A stretch of 64,000 bases of DNA from an uncultured delta proteobacterium (GTDB lineage: Bacteria; Desulfobacterota; Syntrophia; Syntrophales; UBA5619), in contig CAWFOM010000031.1 of assembly GCA_963817385.1 (NCBI GenBank), positions 96,001 to 160,000 on the forward strand. Direction: 5' to 3'. The notes under the pieces were generated by a model, which was not told where the DNA came from, made no database searches, and saw only the letters and a list, made by a program, of their open reading frames with translations. This document shows, piece after piece, positions 1 to 12,277 of this stretch (positions are counted from its first letter, which is position 1; each line of letters starts with the position of its first letter). The position numbers were made by a program, and so were the translations under genes.

Positions 1-424
1 CGATGAGAACCGGCGCATCGGCCGGGTTGACCTTGCGGTAGATGGGATTACTGGGCAGGTTGGCGGGGAGAAAGCCCCGGGCGGCATTGATCGCCGCCTG
101 GACATCGCGGGCGGCCCCGTTGATATCGCGGTTGAGATCGAACTGGAGCACGATCGACATGGAGCCGCGATTGCTGGTGGAGGTCATCTCCGTGACGCCC
201 GCGATGCGGCCGAACTGCCGTTCGAGCGGCGCCGCCACCGATGTCGCCATGGTTTCCGGGTTGGCTCCCGGCAAGCTCGCCGATACCTGAATGGTTGGAA
301 AATCGACCGGGGGCAGCGGTGAGACGGGCAGCAACCGAAAGGCGATCACCCCGGCGAGCGCCAGCCCGATGGTGAGAAGCGTGGTTGCAACCGGTCTCTC
401 GATAAAGATCGCCGAGATGTTCAT
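1..424 (-). CDS. mdtC: RND efflux permease MdtC-like, N-terminal part (runs off the window edge)
   Basis: Manual translation from ATG 424: [47 protein letters not shown]...[15 protein letters not shown] overlap with the mdtB stop. Confidence 0.9.
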   Translation of the reverse strand, partial: MNISAIFIERPVATTLLTIGLALAGVIAFRLLPVSPLPPVDFPTIQVSASLPGANPETMATSVAAPLERQFGRIAGVTEMTSTSNRGSMSIVLQFDLNRDINGAARDVQAAINAARGFLPANLPSNPIYRKVNPADAPVLI

Positions 425-3400
425 CGTACACCTCGAGGAGGCGCGCTATCCGGTGGTGCGCCGGAACGGTTCCGTTTCAGGCGCCTGGCCAGCCGGTCGA
501 ATCCGACATAGATGACAGGCGTCGTATAGAGGGTCAGCATCTGGCTGATGATGAGTCCTCCGACGATGGCAATGCCGAGGGGGCGCCGAAGCTCCGATCC
601 GACGCCCCTGCCCAGCGCCAGGGGCAGCGCCCCCAGAAGCGCGGCCATGGTGGTCATCATGATCGGCCGGAACCTCAGGAGAGACGCCTGGTAGATCGCC
701 TCGACCGGGCTCTTTCCCTCTTTGCGTTCGGCCTCCAGGGCAAAGTCGACCATCATGATCCCGTTTTTCTTGACGATGCCGATGAGCAGGATAATGCCGA
801 TCAGGGCAATGACGCTGAACTCCGTACCGAACAGCAGAAGGGCGAGAATTGCCCCGACACCCGCCGACGGCAAGGTCGACAGGATGGTGATGGGGTGGAT
901 GTAGCTCTCGTAGAGAATGCCGAGCACGATATAGACCGTGATAAGGGCGGCGAGGATCAGGAAGGGCTCGTTCGCCAGAGAGACCCGGAAGGCCTGCGCC
1001 GTTCCCTGGAAACTTCCCGAGATGCTCTCCGGCAGCTGCAACTGTCGCGCGGCTGCTTCGACCGCCGTCACGGCCTTTCCCAGTGACGCCCCCTGTTCCA
1101 GGTTGAAGGAAATCGTGACCGAGGGGAACTGCCCCTGGCGGCTGATAAGAAGGGGTCCGGTTGTTTCCGCAACCTGGGTGAACGCGCTGAGCGGTACCTG
1201 GCCGCCGGCGCTGCTGCGGAAGTAAAGCGACCCAAGCTTTCCGGGGTCCTGCTGAAAGTCGGGTTTGACGGCAAGGATGACGCGGTACTGGTTGAGCTGG
1301 GTGAAAATGGTGGATACCATCCGCTGACCGAACGCGTCGTAGAGGGTGTCATCGACGAGCTGGGGCAGGATGCCGAAACGCGAGGCGGTGCTCCGGTCGA
1401 TGGACACGGCTACCCGAAGGCCCTTGTCCTGCTGGTCGCTGCTCACATCCCGCAGTTCGGGACGCCGGCCGAGCGCATCGACCAGCCGGGGCGCCCACGT
1501 GTAAAGCTCAGTCGAATCGGGATCTTCCATGGTATACTGAAACTGGGTGCGACTGACCCGGGCATCGACACTCAGGTCCTGTACGGGCTGCAGGTAGAGG
1601 GTTATGCCCTCGATTGCGGCCAGTTTTGGCTGAAGGCGACTGATCACTTCGCTCGCGCTCATCCTTCGGACTTCAAGCGGTTTAAGGTTGATCAGGATCC
1701 GCCCGCTGTTGAGGGTGGCATTGGTGCCGTCGATCCCGATAAAGGACGAAAGGCTTTCAACGGCCGGATCCCGAAGAATCATCGAGGCAAGCGCCTGCTG
1801 GCGCTCGGCCATGGCGGGAAACGAGATGGACTGGGCGGCTTCCGAAATACCGAGAATAACGCCCGTGTCCTGGACGGGGAAAAATCCCTTCGGGATGACC
1901 ATGAAGAGGGCGCCGGTGAGGATGAGGGTCGCCACCGCCACGATCATCGTTGCCGTCTGCCGTTCGAGCACCCAGCGAAGCGTCCGCCCGTAGGCCGCGA
2001 TGGTTCGCTCGAACATGCGCTGAGATGCACGATAGAATCTTCCCTGCCGTTCCTCGGGCGTATGTTTGAGGAGGCGGGCGCACATCATGGGAGTCAGCGT
2101 CAGTGAGACGACCGCGGAGATGAGGATCGTGACGCCGAGGGTGATGGCGAACTCGCGGAAGAGTCTGCCCACGACATCGCCCATGAACAGAAGCGGGATC
2201 AGGACGGCGATGAGGGAGACCGTCAGGGACATAATGGTAAAGCCGATCTGCTGCGAGCCTTTGAGGGCCGCCTCAAGCGGGCTGTCACCCTCCTCGATGA
2301 ACCGGTTGATATTCTCGATCATGACGATGGCGTCATCCACCACGAAGCCGGTCGAGATGGTCAGGGCCATCAGGGAGAGGTTGTTGAGGCTGAACCCGAG
2401 GAGATACATGACCCCGAAGGTGCCGACGAGGGAGAGCGGCACGGCGACGCTGGGGATAACCGTTGCCGACAGGTTGCGTAAGAAGAGAAAAATGACCAGG
2501 ACGACCAGGACGACGGCAAGCATGAGCTCGAACTGCACGTCCCTGACCGAAGCGCGGATGGTCGTGGTCCGATCGGTCAACACGCTGAGTTGCACCGCCG
2601 GCGGCAATGATGCCTGCAGCTGGGGGAGCAGCGTCTTGATTCGGTCTACGACTTCGATGACATTGGCCCCGGGCTGCCGCTGAATGTTGACGATTACGGC
2701 GGGGCTATTGTTCATCCACGCCGCCTGATTCACATTTTCGGCATCGTCGACGATTTCGGCAATGTCGGACAGCGTTACCGGCGCCCCGTTCCGGTACGCC
2801 ACGATCAGCGGCCGGTACTGGCTGCTGGAAAAGAGCTGGTCGTTGGCCCCGATGATGTACGATTGGCGGGGGCCGTCGAAGCTGCCCTTCGCCTGATTGA
2901 CGTTGGCTGCGACGATTACCGTGCGCACATCTTCCAGGGTCAAACCGTATGCGGCAAGCGCTGTCGGGTTCACCTGGACCCGGACGGCAGGCCGCTGACC
3001 GCCGCTGATGCTCACCAGCCCTACCCCGGGGAGCTGGGAGATCTTCTGCGCAAACCGGGTGTCGGCCAGGTCTTCCACCTGGGGCAGGGGCAACGTCATG
3101 GAGGTGAGCGCCAAGGTGAGGATGGGCGCGTCGGCCGGGTTAACTTTACTGTAGACGGGCGGGGCCGGCAGGTCCCTCGGCAGGAAGGTAAAGCTCGCAT
3201 TGATCGCCGCCTGGACCTGCTGCTCCGCCACATCCAGGTTGAGATCCAGGGTGAACTGAAGGGTGATGATGGAACTCCCGCTCGAACTGGTGGAGGTCAT
3301 CTGGGTGAGGCCCGGCATCTGACCGAGTTGCCTCTCCAGCGGGGCGGTGACCGAGGAAGCCATGACATCGGGGCTGGCCCCGGGGTAGAACGTCCGGACC

Positions 3401-3537
3401 TGAATCGTGGGATAATCCACCTGCGGAAGGGCGGATACGGCAAGTTCCCGGTAGGCGATGGCGCCCGCAAGCAGAATGGCGACCATAAGCAGGGTCGTCG
3501 CCACCGGCCGGAGGATGAAGGGACGGCAAATATTCAT
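421..3537 (-). CDS. mdtB: RND efflux permease MdtB-like
   Basis: 1038 aa; [44 protein letters not shown] motifs. Confidence 0.93.
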   Translation of the reverse strand: MNICRPFILRPVATTLLMVAILLAGAIAYRELAVSALPQVDYPTIQVRTFYPGASPDVMASSVTAPLERQLGQMPGLTQMTSTSSSGSSIITLQFTLDLNLDVAEQQVQAAINASFTFLPRDLPAPPVYSKVNPADAPILTLALTSMTLPLPQVEDLADTRFAQKISQLPGVGLVSISGGQRPAVRVQVNPTALAAYGLTLEDVRTVIVAANVNQAKGSFDGPRQSYIIGANDQLFSSSQYRPLIVAYRNGAPVTLSDIAEIVDDAENVNQAAWMNNSPAVIVNIQRQPGANVIEVVDRIKTLLPQLQASLPPAVQLSVLTDRTTTIRASVRDVQFELMLAVVLVVLVIFLFLRNLSATVIPSVAVPLSLVGTFGVMYLLGFSLNNLSLMALTISTGFVVDDAIVMIENINRFIEEGDSPLEAALKGSQQIGFTIMSLTVSLIAVLIPLLFMGDVVGRLFREFAITLGVTILISAVVSLTLTPMMCARLLKHTPEERQGRFYRASQRMFERTIAAYGRTLRWVLERQTATMIVAVATLILTGALFMVIPKGFFPVQDTGVILGISEAAQSISFPAMAERQQALASMILRDPAVESLSSFIGIDGTNATLNSGRILINLKPLEVRRMSASEVISRLQPKLAAIEGITLYLQPVQDLSVDARVSRTQFQYTMEDPDSTELYTWAPRLVDALGRRPELRDVSSDQQDKGLRVAVSIDRSTASRFGILPQLVDDTLYDAFGQRMVSTIFTQLNQYRVILAVKPDFQQDPGKLGSLYFRSSAGGQVPLSAFTQVAETTGPLLISRQGQFPSVTISFNLEQGASLGKAVTAVEAAARQLQLPESISGSFQGTAQAFRVSLANEPFLILAALITVYIVLGILYESYIHPITILSTLPSAGVGAILALLLFGTEFSVIALIGIILLIGIVKKNGIMMVDFALEAERKEGKSPVEAIYQASLLRFRPIMMTTMAALLGALPLALGRGVGSELRRPLGIAIVGGLIISQMLTLYTTPVIYVGFDRLARRLKRNRSGAPPDSAPPRGVR

Positions 3538-4748
3538 GGGCTTCTCCGGAGTCCATTGCCGTTGTCCTGCCCTTTGAGTTCCACCGTGGCCCCCTCCCTC
3601 AACCGTTCCGCACCATCCACAACGACGAGGTCGCCTTCCGCAAGCCCGGTGATCACGGAGGCTTCGGCTCCCTGAATCTCGCCGATCACGACAGGCCGGA
3701 CGACCGCCGTGCGGTCGGCTTTTACCGCGTAGACGTAGGTTCCCCGGACGCCGCGCTGGATCGCCGCCGCCGGCGCGAGGATAACGCCCCGTTTGACGTC
3801 GACAAGCAGACGGGCATTGACGAACTGATTGGGAAAGAGCCGGTTGTCCTTGTTGTCGAAGATCGCCTTGAGGCGGACCGTCCCGGTATTCGGATCGATC
3901 TGGTTATCGACGGTCAGAAGGAACCCGGTGGCAAGCTTCTGCGTCTGTTCACGATTGAAGGCATCTACGGGCAGCTTCTTTCCCCGGTCAAGAGCGGCAA
4001 GGACTGCGGGCAGGCTGTCTTCGGGAATGGGGAAAATAACCGTGATCGGCTGAAGCTGCGTGATCACTACCAGCCCATTTGACGTCGGCGCGCGGACGAT
4101 ATTTCCCGGGTCCACGAGACGCAGCCCGATTCTCCCGGTGATCGGCGACGTGATCCGGCTGTACGCCAATTGCAGCCGGGCGTTTTCGATCTGCCCCTGA
4201 TCCACCTTGATAGCGCCTTCATACTGGCGAACCAGCGCTTCCTGGGTGTCGAGCTGTTGCTTGGGGATGGAATCCTGCTGCCAGAGGAGCCGGTAGCGTT
4301 CGACATCGATTTTCGCATTCTGCAAGAGGGCTTCATCACGCGCCAACTGCCCTTCGGCCTGGACCAGCTGCACCTCGAAGGGCCTCGGATCGATCCTGGC
4401 AAGCAAATCGCCGCTCTTCACCGTCTCCCCTTCCCGGAAAAGGACCTCCATGAGCTCGCCGTCGACACGGCTTTTCACGGTAACCGTGGAGAGAGGGGTG
4501 ACGGTGCCGAGGCCGTTGAGGGAGATGTTCATGTCCCCTTTTCTCGCCGCCACCGCTGTCACGGGCACGGCTCGGGCAAGGGCGGCGCCACCCTGTTTCC
4601 CGGAGGGCGCCTCCCCGCCCCGTGCCCTCACGAAAATGACGACCCCAATGGCAACGCAGATGGTCAACGCCGCTATCCACCAGATTCTCCGTTTTTTCTC
4701 CCTGTTTCGTGTCAACAAGTTCTTCTCTTCCAAGTTTTCCTCAACCAT
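3534..4748 (-). CDS. mdtA: RND periplasmic adaptor (MFP) MdtA-like
   Basis: N-terminal [36 protein letters not shown]; start chosen at ATG 4748. Confidence 0.9.
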   Translation of the reverse strand: MVEENLEEKNLLTRNREKKRRIWWIAALTICVAIGVVIFVRARGGEAPSGKQGGAALARAVPVTAVAARKGDMNISLNGLGTVTPLSTVTVKSRVDGELMEVLFREGETVKSGDLLARIDPRPFEVQLVQAEGQLARDEALLQNAKIDVERYRLLWQQDSIPKQQLDTQEALVRQYEGAIKVDQGQIENARLQLAYSRITSPITGRIGLRLVDPGNIVRAPTSNGLVVITQLQPITVIFPIPEDSLPAVLAALDRGKKLPVDAFNREQTQKLATGFLLTVDNQIDPNTGTVRLKAIFDNKDNRLFPNQFVNARLLVDVKRGVILAPAAAIQRGVRGTYVYAVKADRTAVVRPVVIGEIQGAEASVITGLAEGDLVVVDGAERLREGATVELKGQDNGNGLRRSP

Positions 4749-4768
4749 CGACTTCACAACCTTCCCTG

Positions 4769-4801
4769 AAAAAAGTCGGGGCCCCTGTTTCAGGGGCCCC
4801 G
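4769..4801 (-). terminator. Intrinsic terminator after the porin-like gene
   Basis: 11-bp stem CGGGGCCCCTG/CAGGGGCCCCG followed by a T-run on the minus strand. Confidence 0.7.
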
Positions 4802-4865
4802 CGAGAAGAGCAACACAGAAAAGATCCGAAGCAGGCAACGCCACGTCCCCGGGGAAAGATCGGGC

Positions 4866-6138
4866 TTAAAATTTCACCTGGAAGCCGACCTGATACTTGT
4901 CGTAATCATTCCCCGCCAAGGTCGATTCATAGTTCCGGCGTTCAAAGGCGACAAAAGGCATGAACTCATTGGCTACGTCATAGGAGAGACCGGCAACATA
5001 CGTTTTATAGCCGAGATTGGAACCGTTCCTGTTGGGGTCATAGTAATAATATTTCCCGAAGACCCTGAGTTTTTCCATCGTGGGGATACGCACGAACGCA
5101 TCCACCAGATATCCCTTGCGATCATTCTCTTCGTTGGAAGTGGCCGTGGCCTGCCCCCAATAATACTGACCCATGATGGTAAAGTATTCATGCTGGAGAG
5201 AGGCCTGAACGATATTTGCTTGAAAATCCGGATAATCCGTCACCACCCCCGCGCCGGGGGCAAAGGTCGAATTGCTCTTCCCGTACACCCCGACATAGGC
5301 GAACTGCAACCCCCTCAGGATGGGCACCATCGGCAACGGACGGACGTAGACCAGTCCGGAAACGACCTTGTTGCCGTTGGCTTCCGTGGTCGTTATATCC
5401 CGGCCCGTTGTAAATCCCGACAAAATATCCACCCCATTTGCCGGCAAAGGGTTTGGCGGCAAACTTCAAATAATCGGCATCCATGTAGCCGCCGATGGGA
5501 CCCTGAATGGAAATACCCAGATCGGACGTGGGTTCTATCCCCTGGCCGTCCCAGAGGTTGTTGCCCTGCACCCGATACGGCCAGATGGCGGAATCGTAGG
5601 AATCGGAGGGCGTTGGGATCATGCCGAGTTGCGTCGTCGTGCCGAAGAGATTAATGTTGGCATACGCAAATTTCAGGCGCACTTCCAATCCGTTCCGATT
5701 ATCGGCGGGATCGACCGAATTGAAAAGATCGGTGGTGATATTCATCCCCAGCCAGTCATTGAAATCCTTGGTCAACGTAAGATAGGCCCGGTTCAGATTG
5801 AATTGATTCGTGGAGGGGGCATTATCCGTCGTTTTGCTGTTCCACTCTCCATAGATCGTGGTCCCGAACTTAAAGCCCCGCAATGCCGGCGGCAGAAACT
5901 CGCCCTTGCCGGCGGCAACCTTCATCTCTTCTTTCATCTCGGTGCGTTCTTTCTGGGCATTGGCATTCAATTCGGTGACCAAGGAATCCGCTTCCTCCTG
6001 GGTCAAAATGTTTTTGCTTTTGAGCAGATTGATCAGACGCGCCACATCCGCCTCAGCCGCGCAGAGAGGCGTAAGGCTGCCCCAGATCAACAAGCAACCC
6101 AGCACGGCCATACAAAAGAACCTTGTTTTCCCAAGCAT
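4866..6138 (-). CDS. Outer-membrane beta-barrel/porin-like protein, +1 frameshift near 5392
   Basis: Signal peptide, LLKSKNILTQEEA leader domain, FNLNRAYL, C-terminal YQVGFQVKF (terminal Phe); split into ORFs 5188-6138 and 4866-5462 joined at GYN/TTEANGNK. Confidence 0.75.
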
Positions 6139-6486
6139 TGTTTTCTCCTTTCTTTATTGCGGGAAGGCGTATGCCGCCTTCGTCAGTTCTCGGAAGCGCT
6201 TACGCACCTTTTTTATCCAAACTACGGTCCTCAAAGGGACAAATCAATGAGGATTGAATGGAAGTACAATGGTAGGGGAAAACTACGTTGCGGAATCTTG
6301 CGGAATATCCCTGGGGGCTCAGACGCAGACAGGCAGAATTACCGTATCCGTGAACCCGAAGGAGAAATAGGTTTTCTCTTGACTTGGAAGAGCCCGGTCT
6401 CTATGCTGGCGGCCGGATCTGGACCGAGTCAAAATGTAACGAAGGAAGGGCGTTTTACTTCACTCTCACCGGAAAGGAGACAAAAA

Positions 6487-6927
6487 TTGCTTAAGCATGT
6501 TCTGGATATCATCCTTGTGGAGGACAACCCCAACGACGTGGAGTTGACCCTCGACGCACTGCAAACCCATCGACTTTCCAACCGGGTCAAAGTGCTCAGG
6601 GACGGCCAGGAGGCCCTGGACTATTTTTTCTGTACGGGGAAATATGCCGACCGGGACATCTGCGACCGGCCAAAGGTGGTTCTCCTCGATCTTAAGCTCC
6701 CGAAAATCGATGGCCTCGATGTCCTGCGCAGAATCAGATCGGACGAGCGGACCAAGATGTTGCCGGTTGTCGTTCTCACCTCATCAAATGAACACCGGGA
6801 CCGTATCAAAAGTTACGATCTTGGGGTCAACAGCTATATTGTGAAGCCCGTAGAATTCGACAAGTTCGTGGAGGCAGTCGCCGAAATCGGATTCTACTGG
6901 GTACTTCTGAATGAAACCCCCTTCTGA
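6487..6927 (+). CDS. Single-domain response regulator (Rcp1-like)
   Basis: ILVEDNPND...LLDLKLPKIDG...VLTSS...YIVKP; TTG start after GGAGA. Confidence 0.9.
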   Translation: MLKHVLDIILVEDNPNDVELTLDALQTHRLSNRVKVLRDGQEALDYFFCTGKYADRDICDRPKVVLLDLKLPKIDGLDVLRRIRSDERTKMLPVVVLTSSNEHRDRIKSYDLGVNSYIVKPVEFDKFVEAVAEIGFYWVLLNETPF

Positions 6928-7357
6928 AATGAATCGTCCAGAAAAGAACTTCCTTGCGGGAAACCTTTGCAGAGCCCCCCGCCGGAGGAGGCACGAGGAG
7001 CTCTGCGCCGGCCCTACTCCCGGTATAATCAGCAGCCAGAAGCAGGTACATCACGGGTACGACAAAGAGGATAAACAGGAATTCTTTTTGTATTGTATAA
7101 TTAATGGAAAACGCCGGTCATGGCAATGGTCGAACTTAGATGGTTTGTTTGTAGGCTAAACCTCCTAACATATCAATTTTAAGATAAAATACGCCCGATA
7201 TTCCCAGCCTCCGGCATGCAGTCGATCCCGATGCCTTTGAGAAGGAGCGGATGGCGAAAGCCGTGGATGCGGCAGTTCAGGGGTCGCACCGGGGAAAATC
7301 ACCGGGCCCCCTGGGGGAGAGAAATGTGGGGTAAAGAAAGGAAAACCGTCCGGCCCG

Positions 7358-8662
7358 TTACCGGGACGATTCGACATACGCGACGATCTTCTCGGCGAGC
7401 GTCCGGACCACCTGTTCGAACTTCTCCTCGTCCCGCTCCAGGAGGGTCATACGGAATCCGGGAAGATCGGTGAAAAAGGAAGTCAGAGGGATGACGCAGA
7501 TCCCCGTGGCGCCCAGGAGGTAATAGACGAACCGCTTGTCGAACTCGACGGGCTCCTCAACCAGCTTTTCGATATAGTCCCGGATATCTGATTGCCCGAT
7601 CGCCAGGAACTGGCGGTTGTTGAGGATTGCCTCGTTGAAAACAATCGTCATATAAAAGGCGCCGCAGGTCCGGTTCACCATCACATAGGGCAGGTCCTTG
7701 AGAATCCGGTAGGCAATGTTGGAAAGCTTTTCGTAATGCCGGATCCGCTCATCGAGGTAACGCCGATACTCCGGGTGGGTCATGATCCGGGGAATTGCCA
7801 TTTGCGGAAGAGTCGTCGAGCAGACCTCCGACATCTTCTGGGTCAGGATCGCGTCGATATAGCGGGCGAAGGTCTCGTCCTTATCGGCGTTGTAGATCTC
7901 CATCCAGCCGCAGCGGGAGCCGGGCCAGGGGAACTCCTTGGAAATCCCCTTCATGCTGATCCCCGGCACATCCCCGATGATATCGGACAGGGGGACGGTC
8001 TTCTTCCCGTTGAAGATGATGTGGTGGTAGGTCTCGTCGAAGATGATAAACAGATCGTAGGTCCGGGCGATCTCCACGATCCGACGGAGCATCTCCTCGG
8101 GATATACGTAACCGGTGGGGTTGTCGGGGTTGATGACGAGGATCCCGACAATGGCCCGATGGCTCTTCACCTTCCGCTCCAGTTCGTTGATGTCGGGAGA
8201 CCAGTCGCAGTAGGGGTTCATCCGATAGGTGTTCGGAGGAAACGAGGCGTGCAGGACCTCCGCCAGCAAGTGTGTGGAGTAGGTCGGCTCCGGCATGATG
8301 ATCCGCGCGTCGACGCGGATGGCGCTGTAGGCCCGGGCGATCGCGTCGCCGAGGCCGTTGAAGAAGATGATGTCATCCGGTGTGATCTGCATCTTCCCCC
8401 GCCGGTTGACCATCTCCGCGAGAAATTCACGTGTCGCATTCATCCCCTTCGTCGGTGAGTAGCCGTAGGTGCGATCCTCCTTGAGAAGGTCGACAAGGAC
8501 ATCCCGCATCCAGGCGGGAACCTTCTCGCCCTTCTGGACCGGATCGCCGATGTTCTCCCAGATCACCTCGACACCTGAACGCTTCAGCCTGTCGGCCACA
8601 TTCACGATGTTTCTGATCTCGTACACAAGCCCGCTGCCGCTCTTTGCAATGTCGAATCTCAT
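7358..8662 (-). CDS. PLP-dependent aminotransferase class I/II (AlaA-like)
   Basis: ENIGDP, NPDNPTG, DETY, GISKEFPWPGSRCGW; start ATG 8662 with GAGGGG RBS. Confidence 0.9.
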   Translation of the reverse strand: MRFDIAKSGSGLVYEIRNIVNVADRLKRSGVEVIWENIGDPVQKGEKVPAWMRDVLVDLLKEDRTYGYSPTKGMNATREFLAEMVNRRGKMQITPDDIIFFNGLGDAIARAYSAIRVDARIIMPEPTYSTHLLAEVLHASFPPNTYRMNPYCDWSPDINELERKVKSHRAIVGILVINPDNPTGYVYPEEMLRRIVEIARTYDLFIIFDETYHHIIFNGKKTVPLSDIIGDVPGISMKGISKEFPWPGSRCGWMEIYNADKDETFARYIDAILTQKMSEVCSTTLPQMAIPRIMTHPEYRRYLDERIRHYEKLSNIAYRILKDLPYVMVNRTCGAFYMTIVFNEAILNNRQFLAIGQSDIRDYIEKLVEEPVEFDKRFVYYLLGATGICVIPLTSFFTDLPGFRMTLLERDEEKFEQVVRTLAEKIVAYVESSR

Positions 8663-8999
8663 GTTCCCCTCGTATGAATTCCGGTGATGGATATAATGAT
8701 TTTTGGTCGCATAATACAATTGATGCGATCTGTCCACCTTTTTTATCGTGTTCGTTAAAAAAGACTTGCAAAACGGATCATCGGCGCCTGTGCCGGTACG
8801 TTCCGTTCGACCACCCTTTTGCCGGAGAAATCGCAGGATATACCGTGGCGGAGCGTATGACAAAAAACCTGGGCATCCAGTCCCTTTTGAGGGCGTTCGC
8901 CGCCAAGCGGCCTGCGGCGGAATTGATTCATCACTCTTGTAAGTCAGGGAGATTCATCATATCATGTCGCACCGAAACAGACGATAACGGAGTCTCAAG

Positions 9000-10415
9000 A
9001 TGACGGAACAACTGCTCGCCCTGTTCGCCCGCCTGGGCCACTGGGGGTACCTGGTCGTCTTTCTCCTGCCGTTCATGGAAAGCGCCGCATTTACCGGGCT
9101 TTTGGTGCCCGGAGAAACGGTGGTTGTCCTGGCGGGGTTTCTTTCCTCCCAGGGGTACCTCGATCTGGGAGACTGCCTCTTGGTAATCTCCCTGGCGGTG
9201 GTCCTTGGCGATACGGTGGGTTACGCCCTCGGCAAAGCGATCGGCAGAGGGTACTTCGAACAACACAAACGGCTGCTCTTTCTGAAAGAAAAGCACCTGC
9301 GGAAGACGGAAGAATACTTTGACCGGCACGGCGGCAAGACCATTTTCCTCGCCCGGTTCACCCATTTTCTCCGGGCAATGGCTCCCTTTGTGGCGGGCAT
9401 GTCGCGGATGCCCTACAAAAAATTCATCACGTTTAACGTAGCCGGCGGAATCCTCTGGACGGTCCTCTTCACGCTTCTCGGATACTTCTTCGGTCAAAGC
9501 TGGCAGATGATCGAAAAATGGGCCGGGAGAGCCGGCTTGTTTATCTTCTTTTTGTTTCTCGTGATTGCCGGCTTCAGCCTTCTCTACAGAACGGCTGCAG
9601 GGAAGAAAACGGAGCTGCTCGTCTGGTTCAAGGAGGTATTCGCGGCGGTCGCTTCAGTATCCTTTTTCCGGGACTTCCGGGAGCGTCATCCCGGCACTGT
9701 CACATTCATCAGGCAGCGACTCTCCCCCGAAGGGTATCTGGGGATCCATCTTACCGTCGGCCTCATGGTAAGCGCCGTCTTCATTTGGATATTCGGAGGG
9801 GTAACGGAGGATGTGCTGACCGGCGACCCGCTGGTGAGCGTCGACCGGTGGGTTCTGGAGCAGGTGCATTTTTTCCGGACACCCCTGGCAACCAATTTCA
9901 TGACGGCATTCACCGCCCTCGGAGGAGGCCGGATGATAGCGGGGGGCGGCCTGACCGTCGCGATTTATCTGATTTTCAAAAAGAGATTTGACGATCTGCT
10001 CATTTACCTCACGGCGGTTCTCGGGGGAAGCGTTCTGGTGTTTATCCTGAAGACTGCCGTTCACCGGGTAAGGCCGCACGCCGGGTTCGCCCTGATCCAG
10101 ATCGGCGGCTGGAGCTTTCCCAGCGGCCACGCCATGATGTCCATCATCTTCTATGGGATGTTTGCCTACCTGTTCATTCGCAGGACGCAGTCCTGGAAGC
10201 TGCAGGTTTTTGCCGTCTCGGCAGCCGGCCTCATCGTTTTCCTGATCGGTTTCAGCCGGATCTATCTCGGCGTGCATTACCTGAGCGATGTCCTTGCCGG
10301 CTATGCGGGCGGGCTTTTCTGGCTGACCGTCTCGATCACCGGACTTGAAACCTATAAAAGGTTCAGCGCATCGAACGGCTCGCTGCATTCAGGCCCTACG
10401 GGCAGGAACCGCTGA
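9000..10415 (+). CDS. Bifunctional DedA / PAP2 phosphatase membrane protein
   Basis: DedA motif ESAAFTGLLVPGE; PAP2 motifs K-x6-RP, SFPSGH, SRIYLGVHYLSDV. Confidence 0.92.
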   Translation: MTEQLLALFARLGHWGYLVVFLLPFMESAAFTGLLVPGETVVVLAGFLSSQGYLDLGDCLLVISLAVVLGDTVGYALGKAIGRGYFEQHKRLLFLKEKHLRKTEEYFDRHGGKTIFLARFTHFLRAMAPFVAGMSRMPYKKFITFNVAGGILWTVLFTLLGYFFGQSWQMIEKWAGRAGLFIFFLFLVIAGFSLLYRTAAGKKTELLVWFKEVFAAVASVSFFRDFRERHPGTVTFIRQRLSPEGYLGIHLTVGLMVSAVFIWIFGGVTEDVLTGDPLVSVDRWVLEQVHFFRTPLATNFMTAFTALGGGRMIAGGGLTVAIYLIFKKRFDDLLIYLTAVLGGSVLVFILKTAVHRVRPHAGFALIQIGGWSFPSGHAMMSIIFYGMFAYLFIRRTQSWKLQVFAVSAAGLIVFLIGFSRIYLGVHYLSDVLAGYAGGLFWLTVSITGLETYKRFSASNGSLHSGPTGRNR

Positions 10416-10457
10416 CATTGGCACGCCGGAAGCGACAGGAGGTCAAGCGGTGCACGC

Positions 10458-10649
10458 TCAGGGGGTTTTGCTTTTCCGGAAAAACCCCGTCAGGAATTCC
10501 TGATCCAGAGGGGAGAGGTCGAACTGGAAAACCGCCTCTTCGATAAGCCTCTGCAGCGGAGTCTCCGGAGCATCTTCCCTGCGGACGGAGATCCACTTGA
10601 TAGCCCTCTTGATATCTTCCCCTTCAGGCACAATTGTCGTCATTGTCAT
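10458..10649 (-). CDS. Small hypothetical protein (63 aa)
   Basis: PEGEDIKRAIKWIS...IEEAVFQFDLSPLDQEFL resembles a small conserved protein I associate with deltaproteobacteria; candidate RBS. Confidence 0.7.
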   Translation of the reverse strand: MTMTTIVPEGEDIKRAIKWISVRREDAPETPLQRLIEEAVFQFDLSPLDQEFLTGFFRKSKTP

Positions 10650-10894
10650 ATCACCATCTCAATAAGATGCCGGCCGGGCTCCCCTTAGAGCCTTCCCAAG
10701 TTCGAAGGCAAGTCCCTCGCTTCTGCCCCGTTCACAACCGCCTTCCCTCGACCGGCGCCATTTTACCACATTCAGATGAAGATTAAAGCCCTCGGCGGCA
10801 CGCTACGAGAAATGCACTCGCCGCCGGATGCGCCGGTCCTTTTTGCCATCGCTCCCCGCTTCCCTCCCGAATGTGCGCCGAGCCCCCGCTGCGG

Positions 10895-12070
10895 CTACGG
10901 GATCGTGCACTCGTCACCCCGTTTCTGCGGTTGCCGGGATGCCCGTCCTTTCGGCGCCAACGCCGTTGCGAAGCCTACACCGATCAGACCTGCTCCCGCT
11001 ATCGTGAACAACGCATCATAGCGCCCCGCGTCCACCAGCCATCCGAACACCGCGCTGCCGATCGATATCCCCACAAAAAGATTGAAGGCAAACAGCGAAA
11101 ACGCCTTACCGCGGGCCGCCGAACTGATCTCCGTGCCCCGGACCTGCAATGTGGTGTGCAGGCAGATGTAACCCAGGCCCAGGACGAACATCCCGACAGC
11201 GAACACCGGCACCGGCCAGCGCGGAATGAACGCCAGAAATACCCCCCCCATCACCGCACCCCCCAACACCGCCAGCTCATTTTCGGAGAATAGGCGCCGG
11301 ATCCGGCCCAGCAGAAGGCCGCCCGTCACCATGCCGATGCCGAAGAGGGCGATAAGCAGGCCAACCGTAAACTGATCGAGGCCGTAGCGATAGATCGCAA
11401 AAGCGCCGAGGTAGGTCATTGCGCCCCACAGCAGAAAGCCCTGCAGAAACACGGCGGCATAGACGAACAGGGCGTACTTGTTGCGGAGGAGGTCTGCATA
11501 GCGTTCAGCGTTCCCCGAGGGTTCACAGGGGGTCCGAATTTTGAGCCGCCACATAAGGCCGAGAGGAATCAGCGCTAAGACGCCATATCCGACGAGCATC
11601 AGCCTCCACGAGATGAAATGGGAGATGGTGCCGCCGATCGATGCGGAGAACGCCATGGCGGAAGAGGTGACCACCGCAAAGCGGCCGAGCACCAATTGAC
11701 GCCGATCATATTCGACGGTGTCTCCGATGAACACCAGGGTCAGCGGTATCACTGCTCCGGCCAAGGCCCCGGCCAGCAGGCGGACAACGATGAACTGCCA
11801 CGTCGTGACCGCGAGGGCGGAAAGGATCGTACAGATGCTGAAGCCAACACCCGCCGCCCGCACGACCGCTATCCGGCCCAAGCGGTCCGAAAGCGGTCCG
11901 TAGAAGAGCTGCCCCGTGCCGTAGGCAAAGGTGTAAGTCGTCATGGCGAGGCCGACGGTGCCGGGGGAAGAGCCGAGCGAAAGCGAGATGGAGGGCAGAA
12001 CCGGCGTCAGGATCCTGAGATCGACGCATACCAGAAAGGTCAACATGAAGAGCAATATCAGCGGGGTCAT
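10895..12070 (-). CDS. MFS transporter
   Basis: Many hydrophobic segments; motif A GPLSDRLGR. Confidence 0.9.
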   Translation of the reverse strand: MTPLILLFMLTFLVCVDLRILTPVLPSISLSLGSSPGTVGLAMTTYTFAYGTGQLFYGPLSDRLGRIAVVRAAGVGFSICTILSALAVTTWQFIVVRLLAGALAGAVIPLTLVFIGDTVEYDRRQLVLGRFAVVTSSAMAFSASIGGTISHFISWRLMLVGYGVLALIPLGLMWRLKIRTPCEPSGNAERYADLLRNKYALFVYAAVFLQGFLLWGAMTYLGAFAIYRYGLDQFTVGLLIALFGIGMVTGGLLLGRIRRLFSENELAVLGGAVMGGVFLAFIPRWPVPVFAVGMFVLGLGYICLHTTLQVRGTEISSAARGKAFSLFAFNLFVGISIGSAVFGWLVDAGRYDALFTIAGAGLIGVGFATALAPKGRASRQPQKRGDECTIP

Positions 12071-12248
12071 GATTCGATAATCGTCCCTGTTTCGATTTTC
12101 CTATAAGGAGGAAGTTTCTCCCCCGCACGATCCGAACAGCCCGATCCCGGAGAGGAAGTTCCTCGTCGACGTCCGCTCATGCGCGGGCAGTATCGCGGAA
12201 TCGATGCCGCATGTCAAGGATGCATCCCCTCCCTGAGGAATAATTGTC

Positions 12249-12277
12249 TTGACACACCGCGGCCATCTCCCTATAGT
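12249..12277 (+). promoter_or_regulatory. sigma70-type promoter for the hydrolase
   Basis: TTGACA-N17-TATAGT. Confidence 0.6.

Noticed and set aside
4075..4100. Odd MdtA segment IVRAPTSNG
   Set aside because: May be a pair of compensating indels (ADV readable in the neighbouring frame); frame is restored and it cannot be verified
5368..6486. 519-aa ORF as a long N-terminal extension of the response regulator
   Set aside because: The extension is antisense to the porin and crosses its promoter; an RBS supports the TTG start at 6487
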